A stretch of 63,978 bases of DNA, counting the filler, from Intoshia linei (lineage: Eukaryota; Animalia; Orthonectida): NCBI GenBank assembly GCA_001642005.1. It is 6 parts of 6 records of this genome, joined end to end, with 100 filler letters (N's around TTAATTAATTAA, not from the genome) between each part and the next. Parts side by side here need not be neighbours in the genome. Positions count along the whole stretch, not along the records: positions 41,359 to 56,686 come from LWCA01000915.1; positions 56,787 to 59,179 come from LWCA01002332.1; positions 59,280 to 63,978 come from LWCA01001887.1; 3 more parts are not named here. One strand, given 5' to 3'. The notes under the pieces are model-generated. The model saw only the letters and a list, made by a program, of their open reading frames with translations. It was not told where the DNA came from and made no database searches. Positions 51,569-63,039 of the stretch are shown in pieces; within the stretch, counting starts at the first letter, position 1; each line of letters starts with the position of its first letter. The position numbers were made by a program, and so were the translations under genes.

Positions 51569-53376
51569 GTTATTCACGTCTGAGTGAACGGAATTAGAAA
51601 TCAATTAAAATGACTAAAACACTACCGTTAATCAATATTGAGTGTTAATTGCAGATATAGCAGATAAAATATGATCAAAAGCAAATTAATCCAAAAAGCA
51701 AATACGTGTAATGATTAAATATCTGATCCAAGCAGTGTATTTTATAAATTTGATAAGTCTTTAGGGATTATTGGCTTGAAAATGACAAGTGCAATATTTC
51801 TATACAATTATTCAATGATTCAATGATTCAATAATGCAATAATGCAATAATTGGTCAGCGTTCACAATTACTGTGATAGTATTTTGTTTACAATAAATGA
51901 TAAACTTTTAAGAATAAGAACTCACTCATTCGTATAAACAAAAGTAAGGCGTAACCGATTGTAAATGTACAATCTGAAATGTAGTAAATCAATTGAATGT
52001 AAATATTACACCATGGCCAGCTTTATTTTTAGAATTAAATTAATATCCAGCAAATATTTCTCAATTATGTCGAGAATCTAAAATTGATTTACTTTTCAAT
52101 TACTATTGTGCATCAACATGCCGGTTTCAATTTCACAAAAGATTAAAATCCAAGTTATTTATATATCATTCCATTTTCCAGTACAAAATATGTCAAAATT
52201 GAAATTTCGATCTATTCCATAACTGTCAAATAAACACTAAAAACTTTTTTCATTCTTCTTATTGTCACTTATCATTCATGTAAAAATTTAATTAACGATT
52301 TTATTACATGATTCAGGAAATTTTGATAATTTTGCCAATTTTGCAAATTATCAAATTGGTAAGTTGTATAATAAATATATTTTTAAATTTAGATAATAAT
52401 TATTTTAAAATATTAAATCCGATGTATATATTTTAGAGATTTTTAACCTCGATCTTAGACAAGTCTTGGAATAAGAGTTTACATTTTATACTTTACACTT
52501 TACATTTTAAATTTTAGCCTTTGAGACAATATTTAAAAATATTGATAGGAATAACGGAATCATTTTTAATTAGACTGTCAGCACTCTAAATATGTAAAAT
52601 TTAAAAACGTATAAACACCATACATTCACTCATTACTATACTATTTTAGATAACGGAATCAGACAAAATTTAATTGAATTAAATTGGATTATAAATAATA
52701 GTTTACAATGTTAATTAATTTTTTTAGTCAAATTCGAATTATTACTTTAATGTACGGATTAGACAAAATCATTTAATTACTATATGTGCTTAATTTGAAC
52801 GTTAATTTAAATTACAAAACATTCATGCGTTAAATATTAGTTTTAAGTTAAATCAGAAAAATTAATATACTGTTTAATGGGATAATACGCAACCGTGAGT
52901 GTCTGTCATCGTTAATTCACTACATGAAACTGATAAATTGTCTGGAACAGAGAAATGTGTCATTTTGTTCACATTAGTAATAAACAATTGGATAATTGTC
53001 GAGTTTAGTATCAAGCTTTGAATTTTTAGTAAATTTTAATAAAATTTTTAAACGTTAACTGGGCACAAACACAAATGTTGTCGAAAGTTCTATTTACTAT
53101 CACATAATGTCATTCACATTCCCGATGAGATGATGTATACATTTTGAAATTTTATCAACCATTATGTTAAATGGAAAATATCCATTCGACATTGTTGTGT
53201 GTATTATGGTAATAATTTTAGTTACCATCAAAGTTTTGAATGTAGTTTTTACAGAATTATCTATAGAAGTGGATCGCAGAGGTTTAGAGTTGGAACAATC
53301 AATAAAGGATATAAAAATTTTTAGAAACTATAAATTTTAGAATAATATTTTCATTTTTGGATTATTATTATAATAA

Positions 53377-54100
53377 TCCTTTATTATATAAAATTGAATG
53401 TCTGTGTGTGTTATCGTATATTTAAAAAATTAACAGTCGTATAATAAAAAAAACCCAATTTCTAATACAGTTTTTCGTAGGGATGTTGATACATTGTATT
53501 TATTTTTTAGTTTCAGAATTTGAGTTCTTCAGGGTAAAAAACCTAATTCGCCCTTTTGTTTAAAAATAAACCAGCCCAAAAATTTAATAAAACAAATTAT
53601 GGGACGCGTTTTAAAATTATTAAAATTGTCGTAAATCTCAGACTCAGAAACGCACACCTTTATGGTCAAAATCACAAATTACCCTTTGTTTTAAAAATGA
53701 AACATGTACAAAAATTTTATAAAACATACATTCTGGGATAATTTTTTAAATTATAAGCATTATCATAAATGGTAACCTCACAAAAGTGCATTTTCACGAT
53801 CAAAACCACAGATTACTCTTTCTTTTTTTTAAATTAAAAGGTGGTACAGTTGTATTCTGTTAACACACACAAAAAATTTCAATCTGAATAAGTGACACCA
53901 TCACGGTCAAAAAAGCACTTTAGTATTCATTTTTTTTATTTCGAAACTATTTTATTGTTACTATTTGTTATTATTGTTTTATTATTATAACAATTGTAAA
54001 ACAAAAAATTTAAAATAATTAAAGGTCCTAAAATTAAAAAAGTTTATTGTGATACACCTAGATATCTTATTCTAGTTCATATAAATACTAAATGTCAAAA
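53377..54100 (+). mobile_element. Helitron family copy (5' end and body)
   Basis: A|TCCTTTATTATATAAAA...GTCTGTGTGTG start; internal blocks shared with 13680-14110. Confidence 0.6.
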
Positions 54101-55320
54101 AAACTAGATAGTATCTGAAAATAATGTCAAAATCAACAAATTAACAAATTAACATAAGTTTTATCTAGTTGCTATCAGTGATATATACCGTGCCATAGTC
54201 TATGAACCATACAATTTTTATCTATTATAATCAAGATAACTATTTTACAAACTGTATAAATAATTCCGAATAAATATAATAAAAATACATGGTACAGTAT
54301 GCGAAATACATTTTTATTTACTCATAAATTTTTCTTTGTAATTACTAATTAGTTATATTTTGTAATTGTTAGGGATCTGTGGACTACAGACTTTGATGGA
54401 GTATAAATTATAAAATATGCTTAAATGTATTTATATTTAATTTAATTTTATTTGTGACAAAAAACATTTAAGCATTAAATCAATCAATTTAATTATTTAT
54501 GAAAACATGATAGAATCGAGTATCTATTTTTATATGACAGGAGGTAATTTTTACATTCAATTTCACAGACATTCAATTTTATATAAGTAATAATTATATT
54601 TAAGGGAAAAAAGCATAAATTTTCATAACAATCTGTTTTCTTATTTATACAGGTAAATTTTTTCAATGTTTATTTTACGTCAACCAGAAATTAAACAAAC
54701 ATTGTTCGATTACATTTCAACAATAATTATAATTATCACTATAATTTTACGTTATACGTCTGAGGTAACTTAAGTAACATATGTAATATTAGTAAATATA
54801 TCGTACTAAATATACGTGTATTGATTGTCAATTAGTTCATTAACTATAAGATTAATTTTTATCATTTTTTCAGCAAGGTAAACATTTTAATCGATATGAT
54901 GATACAATAAGATTTTTAACTCAACATTTTGTTGACTATTGTTTGGTTTCATAATTAACATGTGCGTTAGCAATATTGACTTTAATAATTAATCTGAACA
55001 GAAATGAAAAGGAAAGTATATCATTTCTATCCAAAATTTTACCTAAATATAATTAGCTTATCAATGCATGTGTATTCACATGTTAAAAAATAAACAGATA
55101 TAGATATATAATCATAAAAAAGGAGTTTGTAGATAATGAATTGATATAATTCGTTTCAAAATCAAATTTATAAATTTAAGAAACTTATTTGAAGATCATT
55201 GTTCGAAAAATGCTAATAAAAAATAAAATTACAAAAAGTAACGGAAACAGCATGTTCAGATGTATTGATTACAATTGTTGTCATTGCAAAATTTAGAAAA
55301 TGAAATATATAATAAATAAA

Positions 55321-55615
55321 TCCTTACATATATAAAATTATTTAGATAAAAATGTATAAGTGTTTATTTATTTATTTGTCTGTTCCAGTTTATGAAAGTA
55401 AGAGAAGTCTAGTTTTTAAAATCAAAATTCTAATACAGTATTTCTAGGATCAGGCTTTACCGAAATTTTCATTTTAAGAAATTGAATCCTTCAAAGTCAA
55501 AAAACCCAATTATCCTTTTTATAAAATTCAGATTTTATTTTTTTGTAAAATTAAAAAAAATCCGCCTCGGCAAAGCTAGGTGCTGTTTGTACGAAGTACA
55601 TAACAGTCAAGCTAG
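55321..55615 (+). mobile_element. Complete 295-bp non-autonomous Helitron
   Basis: Inserted between A and T with no TSD. 5' TCCTTACATATATAAAA; 3' hairpin CTGTTTGTAC-GAA-GTACATAACAG followed by CTAG. Confidence 0.85.
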
Positions 55616-56324
55616 TTGTAATAACAAAGATGCATGCATTACAATATAAAATATCAATTTAAATGCCGTTTTTGTAATAAATTATTCTTAGAAGTAATGA
55701 ATCATATTTTTTATTTTACAACATTGACAAAAACTAAACATTAGTCTTGTTAGAGTGCATATTTATATTATAGCTATAATTAAAGGTTAATCAATTATAC
55801 AAAAGTCATATAAGTAAAATACTGACGTTGATTTTGATAAAGTATTAGTTTATTACAAAAAATTTGAAAATGTAAATTTATAGTTATTTTATACATGTAG
55901 TATAAAACAACAATATATATTAGGGCTGTTCGTTTTTTACAAAAATTGATTTTTGTTAAAAGTACCCCATACCACGCTGAAGAGGGTAATTAAAAACCCC
56001 TAAAAAATATATTTTTAAAAAAATTTACCGTAAAAACATTAAGCGGTTTTCCTTTTTAAGGTTTTCGCGCTTTTTTCCCTTCTTAATTGGCGCCAATGAT
56101 TTTATTTTAAACATAAATACGATTAATGTACGATCCACTAAGACATACACCAAATTTGGAGTGAAAAAAGAAATATTTATCCTCACAGGGCGTTTTTTCC
56201 ATAAAAAGGGGTTTTTGTAATATTGGTCAAATATATAAATTCCCAAATTTATAATTACCAAAAATTTATTTTAACTGTGAAAATTTGAGTGTGTCATTAT
56301 GAAATTCAGTTATTAACGTTTTAA

Positions 56325-56686
56325 CCCTTTTACTGTCTAAATAAATTTTATAACTCTCACCACACGTGGACAATTCTATTTGAATTTATGCCATTTAAAA
56401 TAATCTAATATGCAAATATCACTAATGTTACACTAATTTATAAATTTTTATTGCTCAAAAGGAATGTGACATAATCCACATGGTATTACGTGTAATTTCT
56501 AATAAAAAATTTCAATTCGAATTGTGTTTTCTATATTTTACCAAATCATCAATATTGGAACCACCAAATACAAACTATGGAAATATCTAATGAAAATATA
56601 CAAGAATTCTACAAAGAAGTAAACCCAAAATTTCCGTTTCAATTCACTGGTAACTTTGGACTACAAAAGCGCATCGATAGAGAACC
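56325..56686 (+). mobile_element. piggyBac-like element 5' part, cut by the gap
   Basis: TTAA|CCCTT terminus at 56321-56329. The ORF from about 56576 (MEISNENIQEFYKEVNPKFPFQFTGNFGL) resembles the FxFTGxxG region of piggyBac transposases. Confidence 0.5.
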
Positions 56687-56786
56687 NNNNNNNNNNNNNN
56701 NNNNNNNNNNNNNNNNNNNNNNNNNNNNNNTTAATTAATTAANNNNNNNNNNNNNNNNNNNNNNNNNNNNNNNNNNNNNNNNNNNN

Positions 56787-57540
56787 TGGTAAAAATCTTA
56801 TTATTTGTGTAAATAAATAAATAACATGCTATATGTGACGAATATAATTAAAAACGACAAACAACGTATTATACATTTATTTGTTTATAAAATACAATTT
56901 TTTACATTAAAATTTGTAAAAATCTTAATTATTTTGTAAATACGTAAATAACATGCTATATATGACGGAATAAAGCTAAAAACAAAAAACAACGTATTAT
57001 ACATAAACCTTCTTATAAAATATTACTTTTAAACTAAAAATTTGTATAAATATTAATTATTTATGTAAATAAGTAAATAACATGCTATATGTGACGGAAT
57101 AAAGCTAAAAACGACAAACAACGTAATATACATTTATTTGTTTATAAAATACAATTTTTTACATTAAAATTTGTAAAAATCTTATTATTTGTGTAAATAA
57201 ATAAATAACATGCTATATGTGACCAAATTGAGCTGAAAACGACAAAAAACGTATTATACATACATTTTGTTATCAAATACAATTTTTTAACTAAAAATTT
57301 GTAAAATTTTTATTATTTGTGTAAATAAATTTTTAACATGCTATATGTGACGAAATTGAGCTGAAAACGACAAACAACGTATTATACATCTATTTTGTTA
57401 TCAAATACAATTTTTTAACTAAAAATTTGTAAAAATTGTAATTATTTCTGTATATCAGTAAATAACATGCTAATTGTTACGGAATTGAGCTGAAAACGAC
57501 AAACAACGTATTATACATTTATTTTGTTATAAAATACAAT
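56787..57540. repeat. Tandem array of six units of about 128 bp, inside a Helitron
   Basis: AACATGCTA anchors at 56823, 56950, 57079, 57207, 57335 and 57464. Confidence 0.92.
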
Positions 57541-57589
57541 ATTTGTATATGTGTATGAAAAATGTACAATGTACAATGTACAATATGAA

Positions 57590-57655
57590 ATTAATAAAAA
57601 TGTGCCTCGGCAGATCTAGGTGCTGTTATTACGTAGTACATAACAGTCAAACTAG
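57590..57655 (+). mobile_element. Helitron 3' terminus
   Basis: GCCTCGGCAGATCTAGGTG-CTGTTATTAC-GTA-GTACATAACAG-TCAAA-CTAG|T, homologous to the ends at 20039 and 55615. Confidence 0.85.
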
Positions 57656-57669
57656 TAAAATATAAAATT

Positions 57670-58517
57670 ATATAGCCAAATAGAAGAAGAGATATTTCAA
57701 GAAACTAACCATTTACGAAGAGAATATAAAGAAAATATTTAAAAAGAAAAACAACCTAGATTCTAAATAAATAATTATTTACAAAAACACATACACAAAA
57801 TTCAATTATTGATAATTCAATAGATAAACGTAATGCATGCGAAAAAATTATTGAAATAGACATTAGATTACACAAAGACAAAATAAAATGGATTAATAAA
57901 ACAATTCAATTAATAAAGCAGGATGTAATAAAAAATATTATAGAAAATGAAACAATATTTCAAAATCGAAATAAAAATTTTAATATATTTAAAAATGTAC
58001 AAGAAACATTGAATGGCTATAAAAATAAAAAATATCTGTTACTTTTAGAATTACCCGTAATAAAAAAAAATAAAGAAATAATGATTGGTCAAATTAATTT
58101 ATTGTAAAATAAGTTGGGCAAAATTTTTGACGATAGAAAACTTGCCATGTTTCAAGAACAAAATGAATTGATTGATATTGAGACAAATATTTATATAACA
58201 ACATGATCTGTAAAAATATTTTGAATGAAAATTAAATCATGTTGGATAAAAACTAAATTATGGAAGATACAATTAATAATTTATTTTTTGATTTACATAG
58301 CATTCGTCAAGTAAATGAAGAATTAAATGAATTTAATGTTAAAGGGTTTAAAAAAGCTTATGAGTCACATAATGTTGAACTTGATCTAGAAAAACAACAT
58401 TTGATCAAATATAATGAAATTAAACAAATTAATGTTTATATTTTAACGGAAAATGATAAACGTTTGAATATTATTAACAATTTATCAAAAAAATTAAAAA
58501 ATGAAATTACTTTTTAA
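57670..58517 (+). pseudogene. Decayed intronless K/N/E/I-rich coding sequence of unknown origin
   Basis: Long coding-like frames (DKRNACEKIIEIDIRLHKDKIKWINK..., MEDTINNLFFDL...) broken by stops and frameshifts; strongly A-skewed. Confidence 0.4.
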
Positions 58518-59625
58518 AACGATGAATTTAGAAAGTATAATATAGTTTAAATTGTGAACTTTGTAATGTATTTGAATACAGTTGTATATTGTAATATTAA
58601 TTTTTATTAACTTGACTAACTTTTATAATTGTCAAAGTCCATTTAAGGCTGTTAATATTTAAATTTCGTCAAAAACTTTATGAGCACATTTTTGTACAGT
58701 GAAATCATATTTATAAAATGAACCTTAGTGAACTTGTTTTGTATTAACATCAACTTTTATTGTACATTTATTAATAATAAATATTATAATAACTTATTAT
58801 TCATTTCTCAAATTCTGTACGAAATTGAAATTAGGCTGCATAATTATGGAGCACCAAATAAATAAGATTAAACATTAAAATAATAGTATTACAGGAAAAT
58901 TCAATTCCATAACCACAAGAATAATGCTTTTGAAAGTAACTAACTAATTTTGCATTAGGTAATTTTCAATTATCAATTGCTATTTAACCCAATTAATTAG
59001 AGTAAAATAAGAGATTAAAAAATGATTGAATTAATGATGAATAATATTGTCGCGTTGAAATTATAGGCTTAGTAAGAAATTAAATAAAGTATTTATTATA
59101 GTAAACTATTAGGTCGTTTCATAAATAATGTCGTTTTTTAACAAAATTAAAAAGTTTATTTGATTACATTAAAAATAAANNNNNNNNNNNNNNNNNNNNN
59201 NNNNNNNNNNNNNNNNNNNNNNNTTAATTAATTAANNNNNNNNNNNNNNNNNNNNNNNNNNNNNNNNNNNNNNNNNNNNAATTACAAAAATATTCATAAC
59301 TTTGATTTGAGATTTTTATTAAATTTTGATTATTAGGTAAATTATATCTTTATATATAGATTATATATATATTATAAATATACCTGAAAATATCACTCTA
59401 AACAGTGTTAGACTCTAATAGAAACAAATATAATATAATGTATCGCAATAGTTTAAATATTCAATGAAAAATTAGATAACTTACAAAAACCCCTGACTTT
59501 GGGGCACTTTTCAAAATATGGTACCCAAATCCGAGGTCCGACTGTACCTAAAATAAAATCTATTTCGTAGACCTGAAAAATGAAATAATTTTAAATTATA
59601 TTATTTTTGTATCAATCATTTTTAG

Positions 59626-59994
59626 ACCGCTATTTTAATGAAATTTCCATTGATTCCGGTAAATTCTGTTTCGGAGTAGAATCAACCCTTCTTGCATTGG
59701 AAGCTGGTGCTGTAGATATTTTAATTGTTTGGGAAAATTTAGAAATTATCAGATTTAAACTGAAAAAACATTCCAACACTGGTATTATTTTATTGTAAAA
59801 AAATATTATATTTTTAGAAAATGTATATATTCACATTAGACCTGACCAGGAATCCAATAAAAAATATTTTGTCGATCCAGATGTATTTTATTTATTTTTT
59901 TTGGTTTTATACAGTATTTAGACTGGAATTGAAATGGAAATTGCAGAAAGAGTATTATTCTTGGATTGGCTGTCTGAAAATTATAAAGATTTTG
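59626..59994 (+). CDS. ETF1: Eukaryotic release factor 1, domain 3 exons (partial)
   Basis: Exons 59626-59781, 59818-59882 and 59922-59994 give [40 protein letters not shown]...TGIEMEI...[12 protein letters not shown]. Confidence 0.93.
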
Positions 59995-60112
59995 GTTATT
60001 TTTTATTTTTAAGACTTAATGTGACATGATTATAGCTTAACTGTAGCTAAATATATATAATCGATGAATTAATTAACAGTTTAATCAATTATGTTTATTA
60101 TAAGTTAATTTA

Positions 60113-60659
60113 TCATATATCGGTCAGTAATATATCCAAATTTTGAACATAAACAAGGTCACCAGATTGGTTAAAAAATTGTGCAAATTCGAAATTACGT
60201 GATCTGTGATACGTTGATCGGACATCATTACATGCAATACCGAATTTTTTTAAAAATGTAACCATTATCTCTGACTTTGATAATTGAAGCACCACTGAAA
60301 GCCTGTTTAATTCAGACTGGTCTGTTTTTTGTGGACTAGATAAATGTGACTGACTGGAGGAAACAATGCTTTCTTTAGAACTTTCATCAATAATGCACAA
60401 GCGTTTACTCCTTACTGGTTGAAGAGAGGATTGAATGTTTAAAGAATTATTGAGCAATTGTTTATCCATGATGCTTGGAAGAGTTAAAGGGGTAGATAGA
60501 CAGAAATAACACTCGGTGGCTATTTTTAGTTTTTGCCAATTTCTTGAATTTGTAAATCTTTTGAAATTTTTGTTAACAGCTGCATGACACGTTCCGCAAA
60601 CAAATTTTGGTGTCCACCATAAAGATATAGGCTGAGAATAAGTTTTTTGTTGATACGCT
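60113..60659 (-). mobile_element. DNA transposon transposase N-terminal remnant, Chapaev3(CMC)-like
   Basis: Continuous frame WTPKFVCGTC...W....ECYFCL...QSELNRLSVVLQLSK..E...YHRSR...FF.....LVY matches the WAPHxCC / DCYFC / QSELNDLVRDLxLSK family. Superfamily assignment is from recall. Confidence 0.6.
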
Positions 60660-61009
60660 CTTATTTACCATATTCGATATTGTTAAAATATCATTTTTTA
60701 TGAGCCTGTTTTGAATATATGTCTTTATTGAACATTCATCTGTTCCAAATGTAATGCCTTTTTGATCGTCATGTATTTGCTTTCGAGTTGTTTAATTATT
60801 TATTTATCGAAATTTCTCTTAGTTAATGCTCATTATGATGTGCTTGTGGTCACTGATAATTATAAAATGATTTCCCAAAAGATATTGGTTGAATTTCAGA
60901 ACAGACCAAATTATCGTCAAAAATTCTTTATCGTACACACTGTAGTTTAGTTTTGCATCGTTAAATTTTTTACTTGCATTTGCTTGCACTTGCATAACAC
61001 TGAATAACT

Positions 61010-61450
61010 TTAGAATCTTGCATTAAAACTGCTCCCATTCCATAATTGGATGCGTCGGTTTCTAAAGTAAAACATACATTCGATTTTGGTAGTGCCATCA
61101 ATGGTGCTTCGGTTAGAGATTTTTGTAGTGTAATAAATGCTTCTTCACATTCGGAAGTTCAATTAAAATTTGCATTCTTTTTTTGTAAATTTCTAAGAGG
61201 CATAGCTTTACTTGCAAAATTTTTTATACATTGTCTATGATAATTACAAGAACCCAAAAATAATCTAACAGCTTTCATATTGGTAGGTCTATCAATATTT
61301 GTTATTGCCCTTATTTTTTCAGGGTCGCACCTTATTCCGTAATTATCTATTATTTTTCTCAAGAATTTAACTTCGTTTTTTGCGAAACAACATTTTTCAC
61401 GACTAACGGTTAATCCGTGGTCCTTTATTATTTTTAATACCAATTTGGCG
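61010..61450 (-). mobile_element. Ty3/Gypsy pol remnant (RT C-terminus, connection, RNase H start)
   Basis: GLTVSREKCCF...VKFL...GIRCDPEKIRAI...VRLFLGSCNYHRQCIKNFA, a premature stop, then CEEAF..L...LTEAPLMALP...LETDASNYGMGAVLMQ. Confidence 0.92.
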
Positions 61451-62324
61451 ATATTATATTCTATCGCTCTTACAGAGAACCAGTCTACCCTATCTATTGC
61501 CAAATCTTTTACAATCTCTGTGAGGAATCTCGTGTAAGGGTTAATCAATTTACTATAGCATAGTAAATCAAGAGTTTTTGCCTGTCTGGAATCTTTGTTA
61601 TTTTTATTAGTGCTGTATTTGACCTTAGAAAAATCAGTCACTTCGGATCTGTTCAATGTTTGTTTGTTGATTCCATTTTTTATTATCTCCGTGACTATGT
61701 TTCTCGGCAGGTGATCCTTATCTATGAATCCAGGTAATCGTCTCATTGTATATTCCTTCACCATAAAAATTTACGACGAAACAACTACTTGTTGTGTCCT
61801 GGTTAAAGAAGACAGAATCTCTCTTGCTTCTCTAAAAATCAGAGCTGAGTGAGGGAACTCTTTTTCTGTGCCATGCCAAGGGAATATATTAAATAGATCC
61901 CTACCAATCTCCGTTATATCAGCATTTATTATACTCGCATGACTCGAACTTGACATTCTTGAATAGTTTCTACATATGGACTCTGCACCTTGATGCCTCA
62001 TACCCGACCATTTTTTATTCCATGGTTTTTTTGTGTTGGGCTAGCAACGCTAGGATGCAATATTGTCGTTACTTCCTTTCAATGTTTCGCTGTGCATTGT
62101 TCAGTCACCTCATCCTTATCAAAATACAAGGCTTTCTTATTCGGTTTATTGAGAGTTCTTACAAGCTCGTTTATATTTTTGTCTGTTCGGCTTTTCTTCG
62201 TTCTGGTTTATGTTGGTTTTATTTGTCATTTTACTGAAAATTCTTCCGATTTTATTAATAATATTATAATCGTATTTATTAATTTCTATATGTATATATA
62301 TCTTTATTATTTGTAATTTGTGTA

Positions 62325-62704
62325 GACGTGATATAAATTCGTCAGCAGTCGTCCAAGCATTTCTAGAGTGAGAATATTCTACACTTAACTTTTTTAAGGT
62401 TTTTTGTTTTCCATTAAAGCATCTTGGATTTTTAGCTTTACCAATAACCAATGGTGCTAATTTTTCTCCAGACATACTGGCACAAAATATTATGGTTTTA
62501 AAAATAATAAAAAAATCACGCTATAAAATGATAATATATTTGAATTGTCTTGGTATTCGAAAATATTTTTAGTTCAATGTTCAGATCGACAAAGTTCAAA
62601 TTATAATTTTCTCATTGTATGGTAATCGTAAGAAAATATATTATAATTTGTTCAAAGTCGCAATGTTCGAATTATACGATGTTCGGATTATGCAGATTTG
62701 ACTG
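62325..62704 (-). mobile_element. Tigger/pogo remnant (5' TIR plus DDE_1 fragment)
   Basis: MSGEKLAPLVIGKAKNPRCF...YSHSRNAWTTADEF; TIR TA|CAGTCAAATCTGCATAATCCGAAC at 62704. Confidence 0.85.
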
Positions 62705-63039
62705 TATATGCATTGCATAATTGACACATATTCTTAGTTTTCTTTTTATTACTATCAAAACTACATAAATGACACCTTCGTCTTTTATTTGATGTGTCGG
62801 AAAAAATTGAATCATTACAATAATTGTAGAATATTAAAGACGGAACACCCCAAAAGCAGAAATGTTATTTATAAATTCAAATGCAGTATCGCGCAAATAC
62901 TTATAATGTAAATATATACATAGTTAATGAAATTTCAATTAATCAACAACATATTTTTCACGTTAGCATGAATAATAATTTATTTTATGATAACTTAAAA
63001 ATTACGAAAAATAAAAATTTAATCTGTATCTATACTTTT

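Noticed and set aside
56787-57540. CRISPR-like periodicity (also 9240-10190)
   Set aside because: Whole units repeat with no unique spacers, there are no cas genes, and the context is eukaryotic.
59626-59994. Possible variant genetic code suggested by eRF1 and frequent stops
   Set aside because: Long genes translate cleanly in the standard code and end at TAA, TAG or TGA. Stops are explained by micro-introns or TE decay, and the eRF1 decoding domain is not in the window.
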